Source of the DNA: Cenarchaeum sp.
GTDB lineage: Archaea > Thermoproteota > Nitrososphaeria > Nitrososphaerales > Nitrosopumilaceae
Assembly (NCBI GenBank): GCA_965212015.1
Contig: OZ243037.1
Span: 64,001-128,000 of the forward strand
Reading direction: 5' to 3'
DNA length: 64,000 bases
How positions within the stretch are numbered: position 1 is the stretch's first letter; every line of letters starts with the position of its first letter. Positions 39,676 to 48,877 of this stretch are shown piece by piece. Below the pieces are notes generated by a model, which was given only the letters and a program-made list of their open reading frames with translations, was not told the DNA's origin and searched no databases. A program made the position numbers and the translations under genes.

Positions 39676-40224
39676 TCATATGGTGTTTATGTACTTCCAG
39701 AGATAAAACACCCCGACTGTTCCGATAAATACTACCATCGGCTTCCACGCAAAGACCGGAATGCTGGGCGTCGAGAGCCTGATTTTATAGTTGTCAATCA
39801 CGCTGTGCACGTACTTGCTTATGCGCGAGTTCCATATCCGATAGTCGATCTGGTGCTTTTTTAGCATGGCCTCAATCTCGTATATTACCGGCGTGTTTTG
39901 GCAGAACAGGTGCTGGAAATAGTCCCTGGATATCTCTACTTCGCCCTGGATGGCGACCAGGCCCTTTTTTAGCTCGACGAACCGTATGTGCATCTCCCAG
40001 GGTTTTTTCAGCTTTAGGTTCAGGCCGTGGCCTATCTGGGACGGTTTTTTGTGCTCGAACTTTACCCTGGTGAATCCCTCGTTTTTGAACAGCCCGACTA
40101 GCTCGTTTATGTTCTTTTTTACCACCACGTGCAGGTGCTCGACTCCGGACTTGTCTACCTTGATGCGGTCCCTCAGCCCGTCTGTCAGGGATACGGTCTT
40201 TGGGTATCTGGTGAGGTATTCCAT
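39676..40224 (-). CDS. Hypothetical protein with C-terminal TM helix
   Basis: 182-aa ORF; TTTAAA about 24 nt upstream; hydrophobic C-terminus. Confidence 0.78.
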   Translation of the reverse strand: MEYLTRYPKTVSLTDGLRDRIKVDKSGVEHLHVVVKKNINELVGLFKNEGFTRVKFEHKKPSQIGHGLNLKLKKPWEMHIRFVELKKGLVAIQGEVEISRDYFQHLFCQNTPVIYEIEAMLKKHQIDYRIWNSRISKYVHSVIDNYKIRLSTPSIPVFAWKPMVVFIGTVGVFYLWKYINTI

Positions 40225-40327
40225 TTGTCCTGCGTCGTTTTGGCCTCTTTAAAACGGTTAGGTTTCCGCGCGATCAGTACGCACATGCCCGTAATCACAT
40301 AAATAGTGCGGCGCCTCCACCCAAGTC

Positions 40328-43080
40328 ATGTCCGGAACGGCGTTATCCAAATCCCCCCCCTAGCTTTAAAATATACGCCGTATGCGGCCCTTGCAATAGT
40401 AATGCTGGCGCTCTCTACCGGTACAGCATATGCCGCAGAATCCGATGATTCCTCGCCCGCAATACTAAACACGATTCAAAACTTTGAGATTTCCGCCGGC
40501 GAGACGGCAAAGCTGTACCTTCACACAAAGTTTACAGATGATGGCGCAATGACGTATGCGGTAGATGCGGCAGACTCTGCAATAGTGTCCGTACGGACAG
40601 ACGGGAGCCGGGTTGCAATGACCGGGCTTGCGGCAGGCACCACGCAGGTTACCGCATGCGCCAGCGACGGCACAAACGATGCAACGTGCCAGACGTTCCG
40701 GGTAACCGTACAGCCATCTGCCACGCCGGTAAAAATATCAAACACGATTCAAAACTTTGAGATTTTAAATGGTGAGACGGCAAAGCTGTACCTTCACACA
40801 AAGTTTTCGGGCCAGGGAGATCTGGAATATACGGCTGATGCGGCAGACTCTACAATAGTGTCCATACAGACAGACAAGGGCAGGGTTGCAATGACCGGGC
40901 TTGCGGCAGGCTCTACGCAGGTTACCGCATGCGCCAGCGACGGCACGGGCGAGCCGCTCTGCCAGAGATACACAGTTACAGTCGCCGCAGGGTCGGTTCT
41001 GCTGCCGCCGCCGGATCTCACGGCAGAGGCCACGGGAATGCTGACGGCAATAGATATCGGCACTGCACGGATTGAGGGCGGTAACTCTAGAATAACCAGC
41101 GACGCGCCGGATTCGTTCCCGCTGGGCGATACCGTCGTGACGTGGAGTGCAGACGGCCACGGGGATGTGGCCCAGACTGTCACCATACGGGATACGACCC
41201 CGCCTAAATTTGGCGTGCTGCGCGACATAAAGGTCGGAGTGTCGCCTGAGCGGCCGCTATTGTTCTATAACACTCCGGATGCAAGTGATCTTGCAGACGA
41301 CTCTGTAGACGTATCGTGTATACCTGAGCGCGAGACGGCAGTCACGCTTGGCACCGTCAGCGTAACATGTACTGCAACTGACGATTCCGGCAATTCCAGC
41401 ACGGGATCCTTTGACGTTACTATGGTTCCGTTTGATGACGGCCTCACGCCAGACACCATACAGTATGATCTTAATGCGCCAATCATTACGGCCCCCGATG
41501 ACATTACCGCAGAGGCGACAGGCGTACTGACTGCGGTGGATATCGGCACTGCCACAGCAAAGGACGCAGACGGCGACTTTCCCACGGTAAGCAGTAATGC
41601 GCCGGACTCTTATCCGCTGGGGGACACGGTAGTGACGTGGACTGCCGTTAATAGTGGCGGCTATGTCGCGCGCGCACACCAGAGTATTACCGTACAGGAC
41701 ACCACGCCGCCGTCATTTGATGTCGTACCGGAGGATGTCAAGCTTGAATCGCAAAACGGCACCGCGTCGCTTTACTATGACACTCCGACTGTGACTGATC
41801 TGGTAGATGGTCGTCCCGGCGTGACATGCGAGCCTGCAGCAGGCACGCAGTTGCCTGCCGGCACCACCAAAATCACCTGCACTGCCACGGATAATGCGGG
41901 CAATTCCGGCATGGTGTCGTTTGATGCCACGGTAATTACCGGCGACGACTCTGCCGCACCGCCGACCAAAGTCGCGTATAACCCCATGAGTATGATAACT
42001 GCGACCATTCCATTTCAAAATAGTTATCTTGGATCCTCTATTGACATAGACGGGAACACCATGGTTGTAGGCGCGTATGGCCACATCCATGATAGTCCGG
42101 AGGACGGTGCAGCATATGTGTTTACACGAACAGCTGACGGCTGGAGTGAGCCCGTCAAGCTTACTGCCGATGAAGGGTTTTGGTTTGGAAGAACCGTGGC
42201 CATACATGGTGATACAATAGTGGCCGGTACCAGAAACAGCGATGGCGGTGCCGTACACGTGTTTACGCGCGACAACAATGTCTGGGTGCAGTCCGATACG
42301 CTGCTAATCAACGGTACGGCCAGTGTTTATTTCGGCAGAAGCGTTGACATTTACGAGGATACAATCGTGGTTGGTGCGGACGTCATACATGCAAGTGACA
42401 CCAGTCCCGGATCGGCATACATATTTACACGGACAGCCGACGGCTGGAGTGAATCCCAAAAGATTGCTGCAAATGACGGCAGTAGAGGCGATCATTTTGG
42501 CTGGGATGTGGCCATTGATCAGAAAACCATTATCGTGGGCTCGTTTAAAAATGCCCTTTATGTCTTTGATGTGAACGACGGTGTGTGGAGCCAGACCCAA
42601 AAGATCACATCTGTAGATAGTGAACATCGAGATTATTTTGGCAAAAGTGCAGCCATACACAATGATACAATGGTTGTGGGTGCTGCCGGTGATGATGATA
42701 TGGGCTCTAACTCTGGCTCTGCATATGTTTTTACCAGAAATGATGCCACAAACAGCTGGGAGGAGGTCTCAAAGCTGCAGCCAGATGACGGCGCGCGTCT
42801 TGACTATTTTGGCAACAGCGTTTCAGTATATGACGACACTGTAATAGCGGGCTCGGTTTTTCACGGTGCGGGTGCGGCCTATGTCTTTAAGAACGGCGAC
42901 AATGCATGGGAGTTTGACTCCAAGCTGACTGTGGATGACGGCAGAAAACACAACTGGTTCGGTTACGAGGTCCGGGCGTATCAAGACACGCTCCTTGTGG
43001 GCTCGATACTGACGGACGGTCAGCTCGAAGGCGAGCTAGTATACAACTCTGGGGCAGTATACGAGTACAATCCGCCATAG
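40328..43080 (+). CDS. Adhesin-like protein (2 Ig-like repeats, HYR domains, FG-GAP beta-propeller); probable true ATG is out of frame at a C8 tract
   Basis: HYR motifs DTTPP, DLVDG, VTCTATD; FG-GAP motifs FG.SV.I..DT.VVGA and G.AYVF; signal peptide ending TAYA. Track start GTG 40306 abuts the TATA box; ATG 40328 sits at leaderless spacing. Confidence 0.82.
40467..40985. repeat. 273-bp (91-aa) intragenic duplication
   Basis: aaacacgattcaaaactttgagattt at 40467 and 40740 with continuing similarity. Confidence 0.88.
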
Positions 43081-43463
43081 CATTGGAGCGACTGAACCGT
43101 ATCTGCGTTAGCTTGGCAAAAGCCAGGTTCGGTATCGGGACGTTCCTGCGGATCAGGCAACGCAGTCCCGGCGCAGGCTGCGCACATGGACGCACTGCTC
43201 GTGGGATATGGCCATCTCGTCGCAGCCGATCCTGCGGTCAGTCATTGCCGCGCCGGAATCCCTGACTATTACGATCGGAGTGGACTCTGAGCTCTCGCCC
43301 ATCTTTAGGTTTGCAATTGTGGCCAGGCTGTCAGCTGTCGCCTGAAAGGTCACCTTTAGAGGCCGTCCATTCAGGTCGGTTTTTGCGCGCATGTCTGCCA
43401 CCGGTTCTAGTCCGGCGCACGCTATTGCCACGCCGGTCGTTCCGACCCTTGCAGGCATGAGCC
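42450..43463. repeat. About 1-kb direct repeat, copy 1 (adhesin 3' end + cofE 3' end)
   Basis: Matches about 47110-48120; both stop codons are offset by 4657 bp (43080/47737 and 43153/47810). Confidence 0.93.
43153..43463 (-). pseudogene. cofE: Duplicated 3' third of cofE, fused to an IS630 stub
   Basis: LMPARVGTTGVAIACAG...SLRRDCVA nearly identical to the C-terminus of 47810-48598. Confidence 0.9.
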
Positions 43464-43705
43464 AGTTTTGCACCGATTGGTACGATACGACGCAATCGCG
43501 CGCAGTATCTGCCACACTGCGTCCGTTTATTTTTATCATGCAGATGGCGTGCAGTCTCTCTCCTACCGGTGTGCGTTTGTTTTGCTTGTAGGTTTGGAGG
43601 AGTTTTTTTATTTTTTGCGTCCATGGCACGTATGAATGACTAGTGATCAAAAAAGAGCTTGGTTAAAAGTTATTGATCTTCAAAAAACTTATGCGTTTGG
43701 CTATA
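43464..43705 (-). mobile_element. IS630-family left end and HTH fragment
   Basis: IKKLLQTYKQ...VGERLHAICMIKINGRSVADTARDCVVSYQSVQNWL; ends at the TA of the CTAG in a repeat module, consistent with IS630 TA targeting. Confidence 0.7.
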
Positions 43706-43870
43706 GTATGAAAAAGTCTTTCAAAACCGACCCGGATTGACGCCTAGGCTCTGTCGGCAATGTCACAAAAAACCACGAATCGGAGTCAAAAGTTGACAAA
43801 TTGAGGATCTTGTGGGCAGATGCTGGCCCGTCTGTAAAGCCCCGAATCAAAGCCAAAAGTTGACAAATTA
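43704..43870. repeat. Left part of the modular repeat array
   Basis: tagtatgaaaaagtct...gattgacgcctagg and two gccaaaagttgacaaatt-type modules, matching 45860-46360. Confidence 0.9.
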
Positions 43871-44085
43871 AAAGAGAGTGCCCTCGGCGGGAGTCTGCAG
43901 CTCAAAGTCAACGCCCTGTATTTCTTGCAAATTTTGATCACTCATACGCAACCATACACATGATGTGCTTTGATATGTGTTGCGGCAGGTTATCGTATAA
44001 TGACCTGCCTCTTATATTGAATCAGCGATCAGGATCAACTTTATAATTGTGGCAAAGAACAAATCATTATACGGAATAGATCAAT

Positions 44086-45552
44086 ATGGGTGAGAAAACA
44101 AAGCCTCCAGAGCTGTTCATCGGGCTGACTGGGGCAGTCGGCACTGATTTGGATGAGGTCTCTAAAATGTTTGAGAACAAGCTACAGACCTTGGGATACA
44201 GAACAGAGATTATCGTATTGAGCAGATTGCTGGAGCAGGTAATAGGACTGGTAAATAAATATGACAAGAAGGACGAGTATGCCAGGGTCATGGCGCTTAT
44301 GGATGCCGGGGATGAATTCAGAAGAAAGGCCAAAACCCGTGATGCACTGGTTCGGCTTGCCATATTGTACATGATCGAGATCCGAGCCAGAGTGAACGGC
44401 TCTGATTCTGACCATGGGCAGGCATACATATTCAAGTCATTAAAACAGGTAGATGAGGTAAAAAAACTGCGCGAAGTATATGGCAAGAATTTCTGGCTTG
44501 CCTCCGTATATTCCCCACGTAATATTCGATTAAATTACTTGGAAGGTAAAATTGGCAAAGGCGGTTCGGATGTAAAAGAATTGATGAAACGCGACGAATA
44601 TGACGGTACAAATCCTTTGGGTCAGAACGTCCGTGATACGTTCTCAGAGGCAGATGTCTTTCTCAACATGAATCTTAATCTGCGTGGATCAATTGACAAG
44701 TTTATCGAGCTCTTGTTTGAAAACACACTCAATACACCATCCATAGAGGAATCCGGAATGATGCATGCTTTTACTGTCTCTATGGCATCCTCCTCGCTAT
44801 CGCGGCAGGTGGGAGCCTCGATTCTCACAAAATCAGGTGATCTTATATCGACGGGAATCAACGAGGTTCCAAAGGCAGGCGGCGGCCATTATCTGGCCGG
44901 AGACAGAAACGATGCAAGAGAGTGGCAGATTGGCCATGATTCCAACACACGCAAAAAGACAGAGGCACTTGGCGAATTCTTGTCCAATCTGGATATGGAA
45001 GGTTGGCTGGCAGATGGCGTTCAAAAATCAGACATGACGGCAAAAGCTCTGGAATCCGAGAAAATCAAAAGATCGGCATTTCTCAACCTGATAGAATATG
45101 GCAGAGAGGTGCACGCAGAAATGTCGGCTCTGATGAGCGCGATTCGTATTGGAGTATCCGTTACAGGTTGCACAATGTATTGTACTACTTTTCCGTGCCA
45201 TATCTGTGCCAAGCACATAATTGCAAGCGGAATATCCAGACTGGTCTATATCGAGCCCTATCCCAAGAGTCTGGCAGAAGAGCTGTATGGTGACTCGATT
45301 GCAGTGGATGAGGCGGTAACGGAGAATCAGATTCAATTCGAGCCGTTCATCGGCGTATCTCCTAGGCGGCATATGGAATTGTTTAAGATGTTAAAGAGAA
45401 AGGACGAGCAGGGCAATATTATACCATGGAATCCAACCGGCGCTACTCTTAGATATGATGAATTAATCCTGCCTTATAAGAAGGAACAACAGGAGGCCAA
45501 TAAATTAGAGAAAATATTGATCGATCAGGGATTAAAATTTGAACAAAATTGA
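44086..45552 (+). CDS. Anti-phage dCTP/dCMP deaminase (AvcD-like: P-loop kinase-like domain + zinc deaminase)
   Basis: FIGLTGAVGT, LREVYG, RQVGA, GINEVPKAGGG, VHAEMSAL, TTFPCHICAKHII, YIEPYPKS, FIGVSPRR. Confidence 0.93.
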   Translation: MGEKTKPPELFIGLTGAVGTDLDEVSKMFENKLQTLGYRTEIIVLSRLLEQVIGLVNKYDKKDEYARVMALMDAGDEFRRKAKTRDALVRLAILYMIEIRARVNGSDSDHGQAYIFKSLKQVDEVKKLREVYGKNFWLASVYSPRNIRLNYLEGKIGKGGSDVKELMKRDEYDGTNPLGQNVRDTFSEADVFLNMNLNLRGSIDKFIELLFENTLNTPSIEESGMMHAFTVSMASSSLSRQVGASILTKSGDLISTGINEVPKAGGGHYLAGDRNDAREWQIGHDSNTRKKTEALGEFLSNLDMEGWLADGVQKSDMTAKALESEKIKRSAFLNLIEYGREVHAEMSALMSAIRIGVSVTGCTMYCTTFPCHICAKHIIASGISRLVYIEPYPKSLAEELYGDSIAVDEAVTENQIQFEPFIGVSPRRHMELFKMLKRKDEQGNIIPWNPTGATLRYDELILPYKKEQQEANKLEKILIDQGLKFEQN

Positions 45553-45590
45553 CCCGATATTCTTATATGGTACCGGTTGCTGTATATGGT

Positions 45591-45701
45591 ATGCAAGATT
45601 TACCAAAAGGCTGGATGGCAAAAGTGTTCAAAGAGGCTGCCGAGGCAGTGAAAAAAATACCAAAAGAAGAGCGTGAATATTATGAGCAGCATTCTAGCTA
45701 G
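45591..45701 (+). CDS. 36-aa micro-ORF, copy 1
   Basis: MQDLPKGWMAKVFKEAAEAVKKIPKEEREYYEQHSS*; CTTATAT 23 nt before ATG; paralogue at 46706. Confidence 0.75.
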   Translation: MQDLPKGWMAKVFKEAAEAVKKIPKEEREYYEQHSS

Positions 45702-45859
45702 AATATAGACAGGTTTATGAATTCTGGCTGGATCGAGTTAAAGGTATCCAATAATTCTGTTTTACAGGTCACTTTGTCGTGTCTGAGTGAGGCCCAAAAT
45801 TGGCAAATATGTTGGGATCTCAAGAGGCTGGCAAATTAGGGAATCGTAGACAGGGGTAG

Positions 45860-47028
45860 TGCAGTCTGTAAAGCCCCGAACCGGAGCCAAAAGTTGGCAA
45901 AGTTGACAAATTGGGAGAGGTTGCAAGGCCATATGGTTCAGAAATACATCCAGTCCTAGTATGAAAAAGTCTTCCAAAATAGAAGACAACCGGGTTCGTG
46001 CCTAGATTGACGCCTAGGCTCTGCCGGTAACGCCAAAAACCCCGAATTGGAGCCAAAAGTTGGCAAAGTTGACAAAGTTGGCAAAGTTGGCAAATTGGGG
46101 AATGGCAGTGGGCAGGTGTGGGGCCGTCTGTAAAGCCCGAATTGGAGCCAAAAGTTGACAAAGTTGGCAAAGTTGGCAAAGTTGGCAAAGTTGGCAAAGT
46201 TGGCAAATCAGGGGTGGTTGCAAGGCCATATGGTTCAGAAATACATCCAGTCCTAGTATGAAAAAGTCTTCCAAAACCGACCCAGATTGACGCCTAGACT
46301 CTGCCGGCAATGTTATCAAAAACCCCGAACCGGAGCCAAAAGTTCACAAAGTTCACAAATTGGGGGACACTGCCTAAAAAGTTGGCAAAGTTGGCAAATC
46401 AGGGATGATGCCTAGAAAGTTGGCAAATTCAGGAAAAACGCCCAGGCGGGGATCTGGGAGCAAAGTAGACAAAGTAGACAGAGTAGACAAGTTGGGGATG
46501 CCTAGAAAGTTGGCAAATTCAGGAAAAACGCCCAGGCGGGGATCTGAACGCAAAGTAGACAAATCAGGAAGCTGCAAGACCATATGGTCCAGAAATACAT
46601 CTGTCTAGTATGAAAGAATCTTCCAAAATACACCTAGATTGACGCCTAGGTTCTACCGGCAAAGTCGGTGATATTGTTATATGGTACCGGCTTGCCATAT
46701 ATGGTATGCAAGACTTACCAAAAGGCTGGATGGCAAAAGTACTCAAAGAAACTGTGGAGGAAGTGAAAAAAATGCCAAAAGAAGAGCGCGAATACTATGA
46801 ACAATCATCCAACTATAATGACTAGTGGTTTTTAAATTCTGGCAGGATCAAGTTAAAGATATCTAGTAGCTCGGTTTCTCAGATCGCTTTGCCGTGTCTG
46901 AGTAAGGCCCAAAATTGGCAGATATGTTGGGATCTCAAGAGGCTGGCAAATTAGAGAATTATGGGCAGGCGTAGTATAATCTGTAAACCCGGAATTGGAG
47001 CCAAAAGTTGACAAATCAGGGGGTGGTT
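45860..47028. repeat. Modular repeat array with variable-number 9-bp satellite (AAAGTTGGC/AAAGTTGAC and variants)
   Basis: About 100-bp module (gcaaggccatatgg...gattgacgcctag) at about 45920, 46218, 46572; satellite runs of 1-6 units; a 50-bp segment repeated at 46407 and 46497. Confidence 0.93.
46706..46825 (+). CDS. 39-aa micro-ORF, copy 2
   Basis: MQDLPKGWMAKVLKETVEEVKKMPKEEREYYEQSSNYND*; same ttatatggtaccgg upstream element. Confidence 0.75.
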   Translation: MQDLPKGWMAKVLKETVEEVKKMPKEEREYYEQSSNYND

Positions 47029-47737
47029 GTAGGCGTATATGGAAATGCTCATGATATTCCCGAGGATGGCGCAGTATACGTGTTTACACGAACTATCGAC
47101 GGTTGGAGCGAATCCCAAAAAATTGTTGCAAATGACGGCAGCAGAGGCGATCATTTTGGCTGGGATGTGGCCATTGATCAGAAAACCATTATCGTGGGCT
47201 CGTTTAAAAATGCCCTTTATGTATTTGATGTGAACGACCGTGTGGAGCCAGATCCAAAAGATTACATCTGTAGATAGTGCACATCGCGACTATTTTGGCA
47301 AAGATGCGGACATACACAACAATACAATAATTGTAGGTGCGATCGTGGACGATGATGGAGGTACCAATTCCGGCTCTGCATATGTTTTTACCAAGAACGG
47401 TGCCACAAACAGCTGGGAGGAGGTCTCAAAGCTGCAGCCAGATGACGGCGGGCGCCTTGACTATTTTGGCAACAGCGTTTCAGTATATGACGACACTGTA
47501 ATAGTGGGCTCGATTTTTCACGATGCGGGTGCGGCCTATGTCTTTAAGAACGGCGACAATGCATGGGAGTTTGACTCCAAGCTGACTGTGGATGACGGCA
47601 GAAAACACAACTGGTTCGGTTACGAGGTCCGGGCGTATCAAGACACGCTCCTTGTGGGCTCGATACTGACGGACGGTCAGCTCGAAGGCGAGCTAGTACA
47701 CAACTCTGGGGCCGTATACGAGTACAATCCGCCATAG
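47024..47737 (+). pseudogene. Promoterless paralogous copy of the adhesin FG-GAP C-terminus
   Basis: Homologous to 42062-42149 and then 42450-43080; internal deletion of about 300 bp; frameshift near 47239. Confidence 0.9.
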
Positions 47738-47809
47738 CATTGGAGTGGCTGAACCGTATCTGCGTTAGCTTGGCAAAAGCCAGGTTCTGTATAGATACGT
47801 TCCTGCGGA

Positions 47810-48598
47810 TCAGGCAGCGCAGTCCCGGCGCAGGCTGCGCACATAGACGCACTGCTCGTGGGATATGGCCATCTCGTCGCAGCCGATCCTGCGGTCAGTC
47901 ATCACTGCGCCAGAGTCCCTGGCTATTACGATCGGAGTGGACTCTGAGCTCTCGCCCATCTTTAGGTTTGCAATTGTGGCCAGGCTGTCAGCTGTTGCCT
48001 GAAAGGTCACCTTTAGGGGCCGTCCATTCAGGTCGGTTTTTGCGCGCATGTCTGCCACCGGTTCTAGTCCGGCGCACGCTATTGCCACGCCGGTCGTTCC
48101 TACCCTTGCGGGCATTAGCCTGCTGTCCGTGATTATCACCCCGACATGGACGGACTCTGAGAGCAGAATTTTTCTCCTTATCTGCTCTGCTGTCCGGTAC
48201 GGGTCGTCCGGATACAGGATTACCGTCCCGCTTTTTGCGTTTGACTTGTCGATTCCGGCGTTTGGCGCCATAATGCTGTCGCTAGAGGCCATCACAAAGC
48301 CCGCAATGCCCCCAAAGACGCGGTCCGATTCCCTGATTATAATCTCGGCAATCCGGGGATTCATTGCGTGCATTTTTGCCAGTGCTGCGGCCCCATGTGA
48401 TGCCGCAACGCCGTCAAGGGCGATGATTCGCCGCTGCGCGTTTGAGACATACTTGCTGGAGACTATTAGCACGTCGCCGTCCTGCAGGTTGATCCCGCCT
48501 GACTGCAAGGAACGCGTTATCTCCCCGTAAAGGTCAAACCCGTCCTGCCTTTTTTGCGCGGTAACGGGAATCACTGTGAGGGTCACTGCCACCGGCAC
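47810..48598 (-). CDS. cofE: Coenzyme F420-0:L-glutamate ligase
   Basis: DGDVLIVSSK, NAGIDKSN, VGVIITDS, GVAI, ADSLA, MGESSESTP; GTG start chosen behind AGGAG. Confidence 0.92.
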   Translation of the reverse strand: MPVAVTLTVIPVTAQKRQDGFDLYGEITRSLQSGGINLQDGDVLIVSSKYVSNAQRRIIALDGVAASHGAAALAKMHAMNPRIAEIIIRESDRVFGGIAGFVMASSDSIMAPNAGIDKSNAKSGTVILYPDDPYRTAEQIRRKILLSESVHVGVIITDSRLMPARVGTTGVAIACAGLEPVADMRAKTDLNGRPLKVTFQATADSLATIANLKMGESSESTPIVIARDSGAVMTDRRIGCDEMAISHEQCVYVRSLRRDCAA

Positions 48599-48877
48599 GC
48601 CTGATCTCCTTTTTACTGTTGCGCAAAACACCAGCTGGCTGCGCGGAGCGGCGTGATCGGAAAACGACTGGTTTTTGGCTTGCAGAATATGCACGGTTTC
48701 CGTTTTGGGCAGTCTTGGTGAAATTGCTTTTGAGCGCCGGCATGTGCGTCTCGTATGGTCAATTTTGTGATTTTAGAAAAAACCAGGATTCAAGGTGTGC
48801 CTCTAGTTTAATGACCGTCCCATTTCCTATGAATGCGGTGAGAAAAAAGTTTAAAATCTAACCATCATAGTTAGATT

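Noticed and set aside
40306-40327. GTG 40306 as adhesin start (ORF track)
   Set aside because: It directly abuts the TATA-like box and would lie upstream of the expected transcription start; kept only as a fallback.
43153-43650. Novel HTH-CofE fusion protein (165 aa)
   Set aside because: Chance in-frame junction of an IS630 stub and a duplicated cofE 3' fragment; lacks most of both proteins.
45860-47028. CRISPR array, or repeat proteins (PTLPTL, CQLCQL, ANFANF, KVDKVD ORFs)
   Set aside because: Intervening segments are themselves repeated and irregular; the ORFs arise in several frames from a stop-free 9-bp unit and frames are not kept between copies.
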